Assembly: GCA_964016885.1 (NCBI GenBank)
Contig: OZ024742.1
Location: 329,282,001-329,346,000 of the forward strand
Length of the DNA stretch: 64,000 nt
Direction of reading: 5' to 3'
Origin: Eledone cirrhosa
Taxonomy: Eukaryota
The translations under genes and the position numbers were made by a program. Below, piece by piece: positions 12,478-27,349 of the stretch (within the stretch, counting starts at the first letter, position 1; each line of letters begins with the position of its first letter). The notes beneath the pieces are model-generated. The model did no database searches. It worked only from the letters and a program-made list of their open reading frames with translations, and had not been told where the DNA came from.

Positions 12478-12859
12478 TCCACCACAATATCGAACTAGTA
12501 GACTATACTCCCCGAAACGGTGATAGGTGAAATTTATCACAATTCCTCAGCGACTAACACAAAACATCAAACGGTCTAATGACTCTGCATATGCATACTT
12601 AGATAAATTGAATAAATTACTATCTAGTATATATATATAGATACAAAGGATAATCTAAAATAATGTATTTTGATATTCCGATTCTAATTTAAAGTGAAGT
12701 ATATTATAATTTTATTCTTTGTCTAGTTGTAACCATATAGTACACCTATCAAACATGTTTCAGTATGCATCTTATATTAAATATTGTTTATAAAATCATA
12801 TATATATATATATGTTTTCGTATATGAGAGTTATTCAATCCTGGTAGACCTTCAGTTCT

Positions 12860-13610
12860 GACGCCGATTTTATAGTGTTATGAATAATGGAAATGCCTGC
12901 ACATGAAATTGATGTGCAAGTACTTAAACCTATTTTTTCCACAGGTGCGTATACACTTATCGTTATCAATTAAGAGAACTTGAACAATGTGAAATAAACT
13001 GTTGCTGAAGGTCAAATCGATATGTAGAAGAACATTTGTAAATTTACGATCGTGAGCCGAACACATTACCCATAAATCCACGTGTTTTCACTGGTTCTTA
13101 AATGTATTGTTAGAATCACTAACTACTGCGAAATTTATTGCATCATCATATTTAATTATTCACTGAATAAAGTTTTATGCCCTACGAAGTCAAAGTAGTA
13201 ATTTTAAATCCTTCACTAGGCAAATCAATTTCTCTGTGGCTAGGAAATTTAATATTACAGATTGTGCAAGATCATCAGTTTTAAAAAATTGCACCCACGG
13301 TCTCAAATATGAGTGCATATCCTTACATTAATAATTCATTTGCAATATTAGTATTATTAAATAGTTGGATTTAATGATTTTGTGGTAACGTAATTAGGAT
13401 TCAGCTCCATATGTGAAATAATCCCTTCAGCAACAACGAATGAAGATTTATATATTTATACTGTAGGATGTATGATCACCTGCGATATTTCATTGAAACG
13501 AAACCGTTTATCAGTAGGTATTCGTAATTATACTAATGTTCTTTACATTGCCTGAAACCTGACGCTACAAACCACTCGTTCTTTTAATTAATGCCGAATC
13601 ATTACATAAT
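12860..13610 (-). pseudogene. Highly decayed hAT (Buster/Charlie-like) transposase remnant
   Basis: Weak traces of DGA..M-like and LLH.....-like motifs in the expected order. Confidence 0.3.
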
Positions 13611-13843
13611 CTGCAATATATATATATATATATATAGCTTTCCCCTGTGTTGTTTACTTGTCTCACTCGCTTTACGCGTTTCAGTTGTCCTAATAACTTA
13701 TTTTAGTTATTATCGCTCCAACGTGAGGTATATGATTTTTAATGCGATGAAATACCAATGATCGTTGGCAAATCACTGATGAGGGACGCATTTTATAACA
13801 TGTTATCCATGTGCAGCCATGCAGTATTCTTCTCCCCCATATT

Positions 13844-13935
<92 letters not shown>

Positions 13936-14099
13936 GAAGAAGTGCGGAATAACGTACTTTAAAAAAATGTATTAATCATTTAAATTTGTATGTAAATGCG
14001 ATGCGTAAAATGAGTAACTTAATATGTTTTATTTCCATATCTGAATAGTAATAAAATAAATGAGTTAAGAGATTTTAACATCTCTAATGGCTTTTAATC

Positions 14100-14960
14100 G
14101 CGTTAAAATTTCACAATCCATTGTCACTGAATTTTGTACATTGTATTGTCACTTTTGATGTCTGGAATAATTGTTGGAGCTAAATCGATTTTTACAGAGT
14201 AAGCTCCAGTTATTGACATTCCATGCAGCGCATCAGTATTTGTTGCTGAAGGACAATACCATTCATGTCCATGGTGTATTATTGCATGTTATGTGGGTGT
14301 CTTCTTTCAGCCCTTTCTGTACAACATTGTTGCAGTACCGTTGCTAAAACAACATATTATATTATAGTCTGTCTCTTATTTCTACTGTAGGCGAAGAATC
14401 CCGAAATAGTGTTCTTGGTACTAAATGCGTTTGTAAACAGCAAAGATCACATTATAACCCTGAGAAGCATCGGCATCTAGGCATCATTACCTTTGAAATA
14501 TATTCTAATGAAACGATGTTAAAATGTGGCCTGTTTATTGTTACCTCCTGTGTAAGTCATCAACGTAAGAAGTCTGGTGTTGAAACAATATAGTTACTGA
14601 ACGAGATCAATTGAGTGTTTGTCAACAACACCTAACATTGTAGACATTTCTACACTTTAGAATATATTGAACACTAATAGTTTTAACGTTTAAGAAATAT
14701 TTACAGCAACCATTGACGTGCTATAATTTTATTCTCATTTACTGGGTATGGAGGATAGAGCTGTTGTTATTCAGTTTAAATTGTTGAAGTTTGACTCCAC
14801 TAGGAAATACATGCGCAGGGAGAAACTTTTAGCCGGGTTTTTCCATAACATAGTGGTAGTTTACAAAGCAAAGTCTAAAGGTCTACTTCTAGACCATGAC
14901 ATACTTTAAGTTTGGGTAGAGTATGATGTCTCCAAATTTCGTGTGCGACCCATTTTGAAG
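14100..14960 (-). pseudogene. Highly decayed hAT (Tip100/ZMYM-like) transposase remnant
   Basis: Traces of FS...STPD....LT and CR..QGY motifs. Confidence 0.35.
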
Positions 14961-15154
14961 TGTACCTTATACAAACTACATAATAAATGTCTATATAGCT
15001 GAATAACAAGATTTCATTATCACCAGGCTCTACTCCTGTTCCTACAAACTAACAATGAGCATTATTTTTAACTCTCTTCCCATTGTTTGAATAGATCGTG
15101 TATCTACAGCTAACAAGAACTATATAATCTCTACATAATTTCACTCGATTCAAA

Positions 15155-15300
15155 ACCTGCTCGGCCCTAGGGCTACCTCCATACTCACCACCATAGGCGC
15201 TGAGCTGGCCAGCCGCAGATGTGAGCCCTGCGAGTGGGAGTGGCTTTTTCAGCGCGTCTCCCTTGCCGTCCTCCGGGGAAGTGCCTTCTCTGTCCGCCGG
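15155..15300 (+). pseudogene. 3' fragment of a CRE-type REL endonuclease
   Basis: TTIGAELASRRCEPCEWEWLFQRVSLAVLRGSAFSV; homologous to 11112-11222. Confidence 0.75.
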
Positions 15301-15419
15301 GGTTGTGGGGAGACAAGCCAATTATATTACGAATTCTGTTGAATAGTCGCATCTTAGTAAGATATCTCTGTGTGTCGACTATCATACTAGGTTTTAGAGA
15401 ACAGCTATTTTAAATCGGT

Positions 15420-16110
15420 GGAAAGTTTGGTTTCGGAATTAAGAGGACTTATTTCATGTAGACCACATAGTATATACGAAAGTTTCGAATTTAGTAAAGG
15501 TGAATATGTTATTGCTTCACAATCTTAAGATCCCAGCTCCATTCTCACGGCATCATTCCTAGGATAGATACAATTGTTGTGGGTGAAATTGAGCCGAGGA
15601 AAAACGGATTATGCTAATAATTGAAAGGCCACGCCTTGTAATTTATTGTGTCAAACTGATGCTACCTCTGAATTTCATGTCCATGGAATACTTAACTGTA
15701 TTCATTTTACTTTATGAGGCAGGCGGTCAGTTATATCAAATGACTGAATGTTCATCCTCGAAACCGGCTAAGGGTCCATCACTAAATACCATCAAACCGT
15801 ATTGTATTCCTGGTTTTTCATGGATTTCTCTGTTTCTGTACTTGAAACATTAACTAACTAATGCGTGTTTACCAAAGTTGTGTGAAGGACTAATGAATTG
15901 GGCAGTGGCATTCCTTTCAGCAAATATACCAGTAAACCAATAATAACAATCAAGTTGACGCTCCATGATTGCAGTTTAGGCGTATATGTATTTGGAAACT
16001 CGACATACACAGCATCATTTTAGAGTATAAACATATGAGCCGAATGAAACGTGCTAGCGGGACCTGCTACAATTGCAAAACAACGTTTACCATAAATTTC
16101 AGCTACACCT
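15420..16110 (-). pseudogene. Possible decayed piggyBac transposase
   Basis: Trace of KP.xxYGL.V and a downstream DNFF-like region; heavily broken. Confidence 0.3.
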
Positions 16111-16899
16111 AGCTACAGGCACAGAGAGAGAGAGAGACAGAGAGAGAGAGAGACAGAGAGAGATCCACATACACACGCGCACACACACATATATATATAT
16201 ATGCATTTATTTATTTATATATAGTACGAGTGGGCGATGAAAGGTTGCTAAATAGTTTTGCGCATCATGTGAAGATTTACAAGCTGTGATTACTGTGTTT
16301 AAACTCATTATCATCACTTCTACTCGTCTTTCACCTGTAGCAATATATTGACTGTGCTTAAATATATAGAGTCTAACAAGCTCTAAAATAATGTAGCTGA
16401 CATTCACCAGTGATGCTTAACTACTACAAAGTCTATAAATATATATGAAAAACGAATAAAATAGAAAAAAAACAACAACAACCTAAAGACATCCAGCACT
16501 AGAAAAAGCAACAAGTGAATAGGAATGACAGACCGGCATAACACGCCGTGTTATTCTCCACTCTCATTGAGTCTTTTTCTACTGATCCGATTGCAGAAAT
16601 ATTCCCGGTGATGAGAGATCTTGTTTGATCAACTGAACAGTTTGCTGACGGCATTGCCATGCGAGGGTGGAGAATTCCATAGATACATAGCGTAGTTCAG
16701 AAGTAGAGTCAGCGTGACACAATGTGTAAATAGGCTGGCACTCTGAAATACAGGTACAGTCAATATTGCATCGTAGTGCATGTGACTGAGCATTCCACTG
16801 CTACGTGTACTTTAACATTTCCCCGTGAGATTTATCGTGAGATTCATCAAGGATTCATAAGGCTGGCCTTTAGAATTACAGGTAAATTTCATTTTCCGA

Positions 16900-17027
16900 C
16901 CAAGCTGACTGAACTGCAGAAGCGTGAAATAAATGTTCTCGCTCATGTACAAAACGTGTAGCGAGGAATCGAAATGGTTCTCTTACGATAATTATCCGAA
17001 CACCCTTACCACTAGGCCACGCACCTT
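16900..17027 (-). mobile_element. Decayed tRNA-derived SINE (second family)
   Basis: Similar to 57380-57498. Confidence 0.6.
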
Positions 17028-17399
17028 CACAAAAATAGTGTAAGCCACATGTGAAACATATTGCCAATCATGTATGCATCATTAGAATTAAAAGCCCCGT
17101 CAGTCAGTTATAACTTGATCCGAGGAAGGATATAGTGTATAAATATTATTTCTACAGAAGTTTATTTGCAAGATACGGTAACACAAATACTTCATATCAG
17201 CCACTGAGCTGTTATTTTAGAGCAGAGTGCACGGTCGGCTTTCAGTTTCAACAACATTGCGTTATAACAAGCTATTTTGACAGCAACAACAACACCATAA
17301 GTAATCATGCTTCTATTTCTAATACTTTTACTTGTTAGAGTAGTGGGTGTTGTATATATTACAAGATGTTATGATGATGATGGTTAAGGAAATACTACA

Positions 17400-17781
17400 A
17401 CAACAGCAACAACAACAAATACGATTACTACTACTACCACTACTACTACTACTATTACTGCTGCTGCTGCTGTTGCTGCTGCTATTACTACTACTACTAC
17501 TACTACTTCTAGAACTGCTGCTACTAGTACTACTATAACTACTGCTGCTACTACTACTACTGCTGCTACTACTACTGCTGCTGCTGCTGCTACTACTACT
17601 ACTACTACTACTACGCTACTGCTGCTGCTACTAATACTACTACGATTACTAGTATTACTACTACTGATGCTGCTGCTGCTACTACTACTATATAGCACTG
17701 CTACTACTACTACTGCTGCTGCTACTACTACTACTACTGCTGCTGCTACTACTACTACTTCTACAACTACCACTACTACTA
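17400..17781. repeat. (CTA/CTG)n compound trinucleotide microsatellite
   Basis: Direct reading. Confidence 0.95.
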
Positions 17782-18061
17782 GTTGTTGGCTTTTATATAT
17801 TACCAGATGTTATTTTATATATTACCAGTTATTATAATGACGATCACGATGTAGATTCTGGTGATTAAACAAGTACCCCAGCCCAAACCACCAGCACTAC
17901 TAGCAACAGTAGTGGGTGTTACTTAAATTGCTAGTTCATCCCAACATGATGATAATAACGGGATGATGATTGAGGAAATACTCCTATCAATCCTACTAGT
18001 ACTTGCCTCACATTACTAAGGCTACTACGAATGCTGATATGTTGATGCACAATGCAGGAAT

Positions 18062-18660
18062 AATAATTGTTTCTACTTTTGGCACAAGGCCAGCAATTAT
18101 CCAGTATATTACTGGTTGTTTATTTATCGACCCCGTAAGGATGAAAGGCAAAGATAACCTCAGCGGGATTTGAACTTAGACCGTAAAGGGCTGTAACTCT
18201 ATGCAGCAAAGCATAGCGTCCGACACTCTACATATACTGTAAATCCACCACCCTTACAATGCAGAAATAATAATGATTTCTACTCTTGGCACAAGGCCAG
18301 CAATATCTGGGGAGGCGAAAGTCGATTAAATTGACTCCAGTGCATTACTGATGTTTTATTTTATCAACCGCGTAAGGATGAAAGGCAAACCTAATCTCGG
18401 CGGGATTTGAGCATGGTCTCTGACGCTCTACCGTTTCTGCCAATCCACCGCCCCTAGAATACAGGAATAATAATTGTTTCTACTTTGGGCACAAGGCCAG
18501 CAATAATACCAGTGCATTACTGGTACTCTATTTTGTCGACCCTGTAAGGATGAAAGGCAAAGTTAACCTTGGAAGGATTTGAACACATACAGTAAAGGGC
18601 CGTAGCTCTATGCTGCAAAGTATGGCATCCGACCCTCTACCGATACTGCCAATCCACCAC
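18062..18660 (-). mobile_element. Three head-to-tail copies of an octopod-type tRNA-derived SINE
   Basis: Units 18062-18255, 18271-18454, 18471-18660; core gttcaaatcccgccgaggtt..ctttgcctttcatccttacggggtcgataaa and B-box-like GTTCAAAT. Confidence 0.85.
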
Positions 18661-18916
18661 AGGAATAATAATACTAATTGTTTCAATTATTGGCCATAAG
18701 GGCTAACATATAGAGGACAATACAAAAAGACGTGGGGGGGGGGGTTATGAAATTGAGTCAAAACAAATTAAGAAAAACATAAAACAATAAAAATATAACA
18801 ATAATAACTCCCGAGTAGGGGAATGGTGGAACCACACATGGGTGACCAAACCTAAACCACCTGAACCTTCGAGAGCACACAGAAATGGTACTCTTCTGCT
18901 CCTCAAATCAACCAGC

Positions 18917-19345
18917 TTACTGGTGCATGCTCAGCGTAGCCCCATTCAAACGTGACATTCTCGCAACATTCACCCAGCATTTAGCAAATGTACTGGGGGC
19001 AGCACATATCACTCCACTTTTACCTTCATTTCCAAGAGAAACTTGAAAAAGTTGATGAGGGATTGGCTGAAGAGAAACGTTTCTGTCTTCAGTCCTTTCA
19101 ACCTCGTCCACCACTCAGCCTCTTTCGCTACCGCCACCAGACAGAAGAAACTTGCCTGCGCTTCTCGGCGAGGGGTGACCTTCACTATTGACTCAGTCGA
19201 TAGCCGAATCAGTCCTACACTCACCAAAAGATGATGGATTTAATTCCACAAGCAAGTAAATCACGCACACTGGACGAGTGCGTGGAGAACGTTTCGTCCC
19301 TCTGGGCGCCTATCGGGCAGGTTCGTCTGAGAGCTCTTCCGTACG
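18917..19345 (-). pseudogene. C-terminal remnant of an L1/Tx1-like ORF2
   Basis: CP.....ET..HALVQC zinc knuckle across a frameshift, then AVAKEA.WWTR. Confidence 0.55.
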
Positions 19346-19349
19346 TATA

Positions 19350-19521
19350 GTGTTGCGGCCCTTTACGTTCCGATTTCAAATCCCGCGGAGCTTATGTGTG
19401 CATTTCATCATTACAGGGTTGATAAAATAAAATAACAGTAAATATTGGGGTCGATTTAATCGGATTTCCCCTCCCCTCCCCTTCAAATTGCTGACCTTGT
19501 CCTAAAGTAGAAGCAATTATT
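19350..19521 (+). mobile_element. tRNA-derived SINE, 5'-truncated
   Basis: Same core and 3' end as the 18 kb copies. Confidence 0.7.
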
Positions 19522-21717
19522 AGAGTTTACGATCAGATGCATTATTATTCCTGCTACATGCGATTTGAGTTCAAATGATACTATGTACATATTTATACAT
19601 CACTTGTCTAATAGCACTGCCTGATTCCTGTTTGTAGTTAACATATTCAGGTTGGGTTCTTGGCTTAAGAACACTTACCTCTCTCCTAGCCACACGTCTC
19701 ACAGGTACTGTGATTGGTAATATGCACAACCTCCCTGACTAAACAGTAAAATAAAAGAATATTAATTATATGTAGAATATTTTCTTCAATGTTCTTTCAA
19801 AGGAATAACAATTAATTTCACCCTGAAACATGTGTTCATATTTAATTTACATGAATTAACTATCTGTGAATTAACATTGTGATATATTCTTTTCACCTAG
19901 AACGCTCATCTGTTCAATAGCTATGCATTGATATATTTATACCTACATCTCCATCTAATTTGAATAATTCAGATCATGATACTGGAAAGTTACACTCTTA
20001 AAAGTGTTCATATGTTTGTTCGTTGTTAATCCAGTCTTGAACTCTGCCTCACTATATTGATAATTCACATGTAGTTCTTGATTTGGTTTCCACCTGCCAT
20101 TGAAATATTCCACAACATCAGATCAATCACCGCCTAATTTCAAGACGTTTCGATATGCATTCATCTCCGTAGGATTCTTCTCTTGGGTCTTATTTAGATA
20201 GGCTTTCCAAGGTTTTCCTAACATTCATATACCAAGTAACACACACTCGACATTCATATAAAATCGGTATCTTCACCTAACAAAATAATTATCACCATTT
20301 TCAACCATGTATAACCCTTCAACATATGTACACACAGAGATACAGACATAGACATACAGACACACACATACATATATACCGTAGTATTTAATCTTTACCG
20401 ACCGAATTTGTCTTAAAAGAACCAGACAAGTAATGGGTTAACTTAATCAACTCGGAATTTCATCAACATTTTGGGGTTTTGTCTCTAATTAGAAAACAAT
20501 ATTCTTAATATATGTAATATATTTTATTACAATATTTTAACAAATACCCCGTAAAACATACGTTATACAACACATTTCACGCGTAGCTCACACTAGAGTA
20601 ATACACAACAAACATAGACGCAGAGAAAACTATACATACACACATAGACACACCACATATTGATAGTAGTTTTAGTAAGCCTGCGCGTATGTATATATAT
20701 ATACAAAGAGAGATAGAATGTGTGTGTGTGTGCATGACTACTTCTATCTATATATATACCAATACTAACTCAAGTTGCTCAAAATGTTTGTCTGCAATGT
20801 GCATAGACACATAGATACAATATGGCATCAGTTTCTTTGAAGGATGATCGTATTCATATTTAAACCTGCATGGAAACAATAAAGCAGCACGCACACACGA
20901 ACACACACGAACACACTCTATATTTATCTGTATGCGTTTCCTTGTTGTCGATGTCTGTTTGTGCTCCAGTTCAGATGCTAAGCACATAAGCATGTTTCAT
21001 TGCTTATGGAACGAATAACGGCTAAATATATAATTCATTTTTCTCCCTTCAGCAATCTAATATGTCTGTCTACGTAACACTGTTAATGTGTATTTTTGCA
21101 CATATGAGTGTGTATGGATATTTTTGTATTGAGTGTGTAAGAATATATATATATATATATTTTTTTTTTTTTGTGCACATATGTGTAATTATTTTTATGT
21201 ACTTACACATATGCACCGAAGAATATTTGGTACATAGTAAACAAATTATATATATTCGCCTGTAAACGTAGAGGTACACACTGGCATGCAAAGATATATA
21301 TAATGAAACTCATACACATAAACGTCCACATGTTCAAAGCTGATCATTAACCCACAAAATCAACTGAAGGTTGAATAAACAAATTTTAAATTCAGACGAT
21401 GTTCGTTCCATCATCAGTCAACCATATATATATGTGCTTAGCATCTGAACTGAAACGGAAACGAAAACGCGGAATCATTTACACGCAAACACACACAAAC
21501 ACATACACAGGTACATGCACGCTTTTTATTTTCTTGCAGGTATGGATGTGAATTTGAGCGTCACTCAAAGGAGCCGATGCCATATTGTATTTGATATATG
21601 TGTATGTACATTGCATGTAAATATGCTTAAAATTTTGTTTCATTGCCAGTGTATACGTAGAAGTAGTCAGATGTAGAGAAAGCATATTCTAAACACACAC
21701 ACACACATACCAATATA

Positions 21718-21756
<39 letters not shown>

Positions 21757-21761
<5 letters not shown>

Positions 21762-21813
21762 AACGAGTAGGACCCCGACAGCTGAGCTCAAACCGTTTCG
21801 ACGGCTAATTCTG
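21757..21813 (-). mobile_element. Terminal fragment of PLE-like family G (HHR stem III half)
   Basis: Matches 61927-61983; next to (TA)n. Confidence 0.7.
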
Positions 21814-21837
21814 GACGTGTGTATGTATAGGTGTATG

Positions 21838-21869
<32 letters not shown>

Positions 21870-21919
21870 CACCTATACATACACACACACATATGCATAT
21901 ATATTTTGAGTGATTACAG

Positions 21920-23460
21920 TTTCCCGCAGGGACTTGCGTAACATGATATACAGATTTACAGAAAGGAATGTTGGCAAAAGATTCAACTTTGCATGCACAA
22001 AAAAGACCTATGATAATTTTGTGGGAACAGAAATGAATGTCCCAGAAAACAATAAATTGAGATTGTAATGGGAATTGTTCTTACAAAACGAAAGGAAAAT
22101 ATAGCATGACAAGACAGATATCATAAACAATGAAAGCTAGGCTTCCATTTGGGAATGTATACAGTGTAGAAACATAGTTTAATTGGATCCCGAAGAATAT
22201 CCGGAAATCTTTGACATAAAATATACATAGGTACGAATTGTAATGCAGAACCTTAACAGGCGACATGACAAGAATGTTTTTCCTTTAAGTAAACGACTTG
22301 TTGTTCGAGAGGAAGAGAAATCAAACTGGTCATATGAAAAATACCGTATATCAGCAAAAATAATTTCTAACGCTGATAAACGAACAAGAAATAACTGATA
22401 ATTTAGTTTATCGAACCCGGGAGGATCAAAAACGAATTTGACCACGGCAAGATTTGAACTCAAACAGTTTTCATTACAAAATTATTGCAATACATATGCA
22501 CCGACGAATATTCTAATCAATCATATTATAACGACCAGAATTTGTATGGAATCTCCTTTTTTAAAAATGAACAATAACGATGTAGCCAGCTCGGATTCCG
22601 TCCACATAACGGAACATATAAAGGGTGGGGAAGATATTATTTTGAAATTAATCTAGCTTTGACACTCGCAAGTATCTTCATCTCTGACTCTGATAAAGAA
22701 TTTGATTTATGAACCTCATTGCTTTACCTCGAAAGAAACCAGACATGACAAAATAACCAAATACAGAGTAGCTAGAATGTTTAAAGTACACTACACTTGT
22801 ACAAAATACAAATTTGGTCGTAAATGAAGCGGTAAGTTACATGTGTTCAGTAATTCCATATAATATGACGAATATTCGACGGTTTCAGAAGCATGATGCG
22901 AGGTTATAAGTAACTATCGCCTTAAAAATGAAAAGGTTTGATTTGATCAAGAGGGCAGATTTGTTTGATGTACTACGCCACTTTGGGATTCCCATAGTCA
23001 TTGTAAATACCATAAAATTGTATCTGAAATCCCCGAGAGTTTTACAGTATATGTCCGAGGCCGAGTATCTGAAAACCTCGTTGTAGTGAACGGCGTACTT
23101 CAAGCAGAAGACTTTGCTCCTATTATCGTTATTGTTGTTGTCGATTTTCTAAGGAACCCTCTCTGGTAAAGTTATGAACAAAAGCCTGCTAGTTATGCAG
23201 ATCATCGAATGAACAATTTTGAATTCATTGTCGCTATAAATCTATTATAAGCCGATGAAATGCGTGCCAGAACAACCGACACAATGGCAAAAATGGTTCA
23301 AACAATTGTCCGAAGAACGACTATTGGGATTAAGGTGTACACCATGACAAATTCCGCTGACTTCTCCCTTCAATTGTTTAGTATGGCCTTTAAGAAATTG
23401 GTGGCAAGGATAGACACATTTCGTGGAACTTGCGAATGAAATTACCTAGATTGAAACTGA
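21920..23460 (+). pseudogene. Decayed RTE-clade LINE (APE/RT remnants)
   Basis: GIP..IVNTIK...NGVLQAEDFAPIIVIVVVDF...SYAD resembles RTE RT GVLQGDTLAP..F/YADD. Confidence 0.6.
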
Positions 23461-23608
23461 AGAAATCGTCATGTATATATATATATATATATTAAGACAG
23501 GGGGGAAGAAAAAATGGCTTCACTTGTGCTTTCAACAAATTTATTTTCTTCACAAAATCCAAAAAGAATTTTTCTTAAAAAAAATTATTTTATGAATTAA
23601 GTTGTTGG

Positions 23609-23658
<50 letters not shown>

Positions 23659-23741
23659 CCAACAACTTAATTCATAAAATAATTTTTTAATATATATATA
23701 TATATATGTGTGTGTGTGTATATGTGCATATGTGAGTATAT

Positions 23742-23872
<131 letters not shown>

Positions 23873-24301
23873 AATGTATGGGTATGTGTGTGTGTGTGTG
23901 TGTGTGAATGTATGGGTACGTATGTGTGGGTGCGCTTGTGAGTATGTGCTTGTTTGAGTCCGTGTGGGAACAAAGTATAGAAATCCACACGCTAGACACG
24001 CACACATATACACACATGCAGAAAAATACTCAAACATATGCAACTCCTTCCCCCAAACAAATATATTCACACTTCCAGTGAAGGTTGACAAAACAGATTT
24101 GAAATATAGACGATGTTCGTTCTCTGATCCATCTGACACGATTAAGTGCTTAGCAACTGAACTGACGCATAAAGTCTGGACTAAAGATACGGTGTCAACA
24201 GCTTGACACAGACATATTTACGTATAAAAGGACACATATATACACACACAAACATAAATATACATACATTAATGCACAAATATGAATACACATACAAACA
24301 A

Positions 24302-24339
<38 letters not shown>

Positions 24340-24361
24340 ATATACTCACATATGCACATAT

Positions 24362-24418
<57 letters not shown>

Positions 24419-25002
24419 AATGTATACACCATATATATAAACACACATATACACATGCACACACACTCATTTACACAATCACATGCAGACACACGCGCAC
24501 ACACCCGCATTATAGATATATATATATAAAGGTAGATGTGTGTCGTGTTTCTTTTAATACAAGTGTATCTGGTATTTCTCTTAGTTTCATGCACCATGTT
24601 GATGCGTCAATCTCTCACCATTCCCTTCTTCTCAAATATCCATACATTGTTCAACATTTTTATATTTATCCTGTCTCAAATTTCTACTCCAACACTCCAT
24701 TGCTTTATAATAGACTTAAAGCTGAAACCACTGTTTTGTGGTTGGGTTTTGAAGTGGTGTGATGCGGCTCTGCTGGCATTGAAATCTAGTTCTGATGACA
24801 ATGATCCTCCAAAGTGATATGTGTTCTCATTGCATAAAGGAGAGTAGTTTTGGTCTAGAACTGAAAAAGTAGGAAATTATATCACACGATTATTTAGTCC
24901 GGACGTCCAAACATGTTTCAAACATGCGTCAATGCCAGACAAAACCCACGCAACCCTAATCATGCTAGGATATGAAGTAAGAAAGGAGAGATAGAGAGAG
25001 AC

Positions 25003-25081
<79 letters not shown>

Positions 25082-25107
25082 TGGAGGAAAAGCCCATATA
25101 TTATTTT

Positions 25108-25292
25108 CGGATTGGCAGTATCGGTAGAGGGTCAGACACCATGCTTTCCAGCATAGTTACGACCCTTTACGATTTGAGTTCAAAACCCGCCGAGGTTGAC
25201 TTTGCCTTTCATCCTTACGAGGTCGATAAAATAAAGTACCAGTAATGCACTGGGATAATTGATGGCCTTGTGCCAAAAGTAGAAACAATTAT
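25108..25292 (+). mobile_element. tRNA-derived SINE
   Basis: Same family as the 18 kb copies. Confidence 0.85.
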
Positions 25293-26156
25293 TTTCATGG
25301 ATGCTTTAATGATTTTATATGACCTAAATAATTGCCGAATACGCAAATATAAACACTCACTTGTTGGTAAGTAAATATTTTCTATGATTTTGTTAAAAAA
25401 TCATTAAAGAGTGCAACTTTATTCCTAATATTTCAAACACACACTTCCAATGTATTTGCGGAAATACGACACCAAATCCCAAAGGAAAATTTCTTATTTA
25501 GTATCATAGGGCCAAATTAACAGTTCTCTCGCTATCCACTAAATCAGGCAAAACCACATAAAATTTAGTAGAGCTTCACCATATATGACACGAAAAGAAA
25601 AACATAAACAAGAGAGGTGGAGAAGTAAAGAGGGAAAATATGGTTACACTCTTGGCTGGGCAGTATATCACAACTGAGAAGATGGCGAAAACATTGCCAC
25701 GAAGAACAGATAGTGATACCAACTGCATCATTCATCAACCTTGTGAGGAATTTCTCTCAGGTGTGATGCTAGTTCGTACCTCAATTGTGTTATTGTTAAG
25801 ACAATCTTGTCAAGATGAATGCATGTTCTAAATCCAAAGCAAATCTGCCTTACACTCCATACATTATTTTTATTCTAGATGTATACATGATTGTTTTTTG
25901 ACCTACATGACCCCAAACTGGAACAGTTTCAAGTCAGACAAGCAAAGACGAATGACAAAGAAGAATGTATGACTCAACGCTGCACAGCGCAGATGATCTG
26001 AATAAATGCTTAGCGCTTGTTCAAACATGTTATGCTTGAGTTATTCACAAAGAAATGGGGCGAGGAATAGAGAGAACACCAATAAAGAACCAGAGATATT
26101 ACGGGAAAGACGCACACACACACACACATATGTGCGTGTGTGTGTGTTTGTGACTG

Positions 26157-26188
<32 letters not shown>

Positions 26189-27349
26189 CATATATGGAGA
26201 GAAAGAGTGAGAGAAATAGGCAGGGGTAGTATGATATACAATGAAAGTTGAAAAGGGGTTAAAGGAAAGCGTGGAGTTGGATAGAGTTAAGATTTTAAAA
26301 CATGAACCCAGAGAGAGAGGAACTGTAAAAGTGAGGGAGTGGAAGGGAGATAGAGAGATAGGGAAAAAGAGAAGAAATATATTTTGTGAGCTTGAATAAA
26401 AAAGTGTGAAAATGGAAAAAAATTGAAAAAAAGGAGAAAATTAATTCAGAGACTCTAGTGAGGAATTGGATAGTCCAATTTTTTGCAAATTAAATAAACA
26501 AATAATTACAGGCCTGACGCTTTGGATACAGATTTCAATTAGTAACCACGTGGTTAAATGTTCAATCCAGCAGCGTGGCACTTTAAGCATGTTTCTCGAT
26601 AGAGACGAGGCAGAAGCCATAATATGAAAACAATTCATAAGTGACGAACAACGACCTCTAAGGAATACAAAATAAATGAGTAGAAAAGAATAGTTACGGT
26701 AAGGGAAATAAGAATGAGTGTGTGATAATCAGGAGGATGAATAGATGGAAGTATATGTATATATGTAAATATAAATAGGTTTATATGAATATGTATATAT
26801 GAATATGTATATATTTAAATAGAAATAGAAGCGTCGCGGTAATATAGTAGTTATACCCCTGTTAGTATTCGTGCTCTACAGCAAATGTAAGACATTATGT
26901 GATGCTATGTAATATAGCGATGATAATATTTATTAAGGTATGGAGTAGAGCACTATAGATGGTGTACTGTGTTATGTAAGTGTGGAAAATGGAAAAAGCA
27001 AAAGAAAAGATATTAAGAATATATATAAATTAAATCAGATGAATTTCCCTTTATTATATATACTCGCACACATTATATATATATATATATATATATATCC
27101 TATGTATCGCAATGAATGGCTTAGATAGAATTTGCTCCATCGATAGGGTAATTACCTGCAGAAATATTTCATACCACAGAGCCAATGGATTTTAAGACAT
27201 GATCACAGTAGAATTTGTGCAGAAAATGGACGCAATCACCTCTTTTGTTTTTCTTACACGTTCTCCAGTGTTGGTCTATGGGAAATCTTGACCAAATTTG
27301 TATATCCAGAAATGTTTAGCTCAATGGTCAGGCAATGGCACTTAGAACT

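Noticed and set aside
12480-12555. Minus-strand CTGAGGA with a following hairpin (also CTGATGA near 48840)
   Set aside because: No properly placed GAAA, stem III or stem I
17347-17773. Poly-L/V/A/S membrane-like ORFs
   Set aside because: Trinucleotide microsatellite
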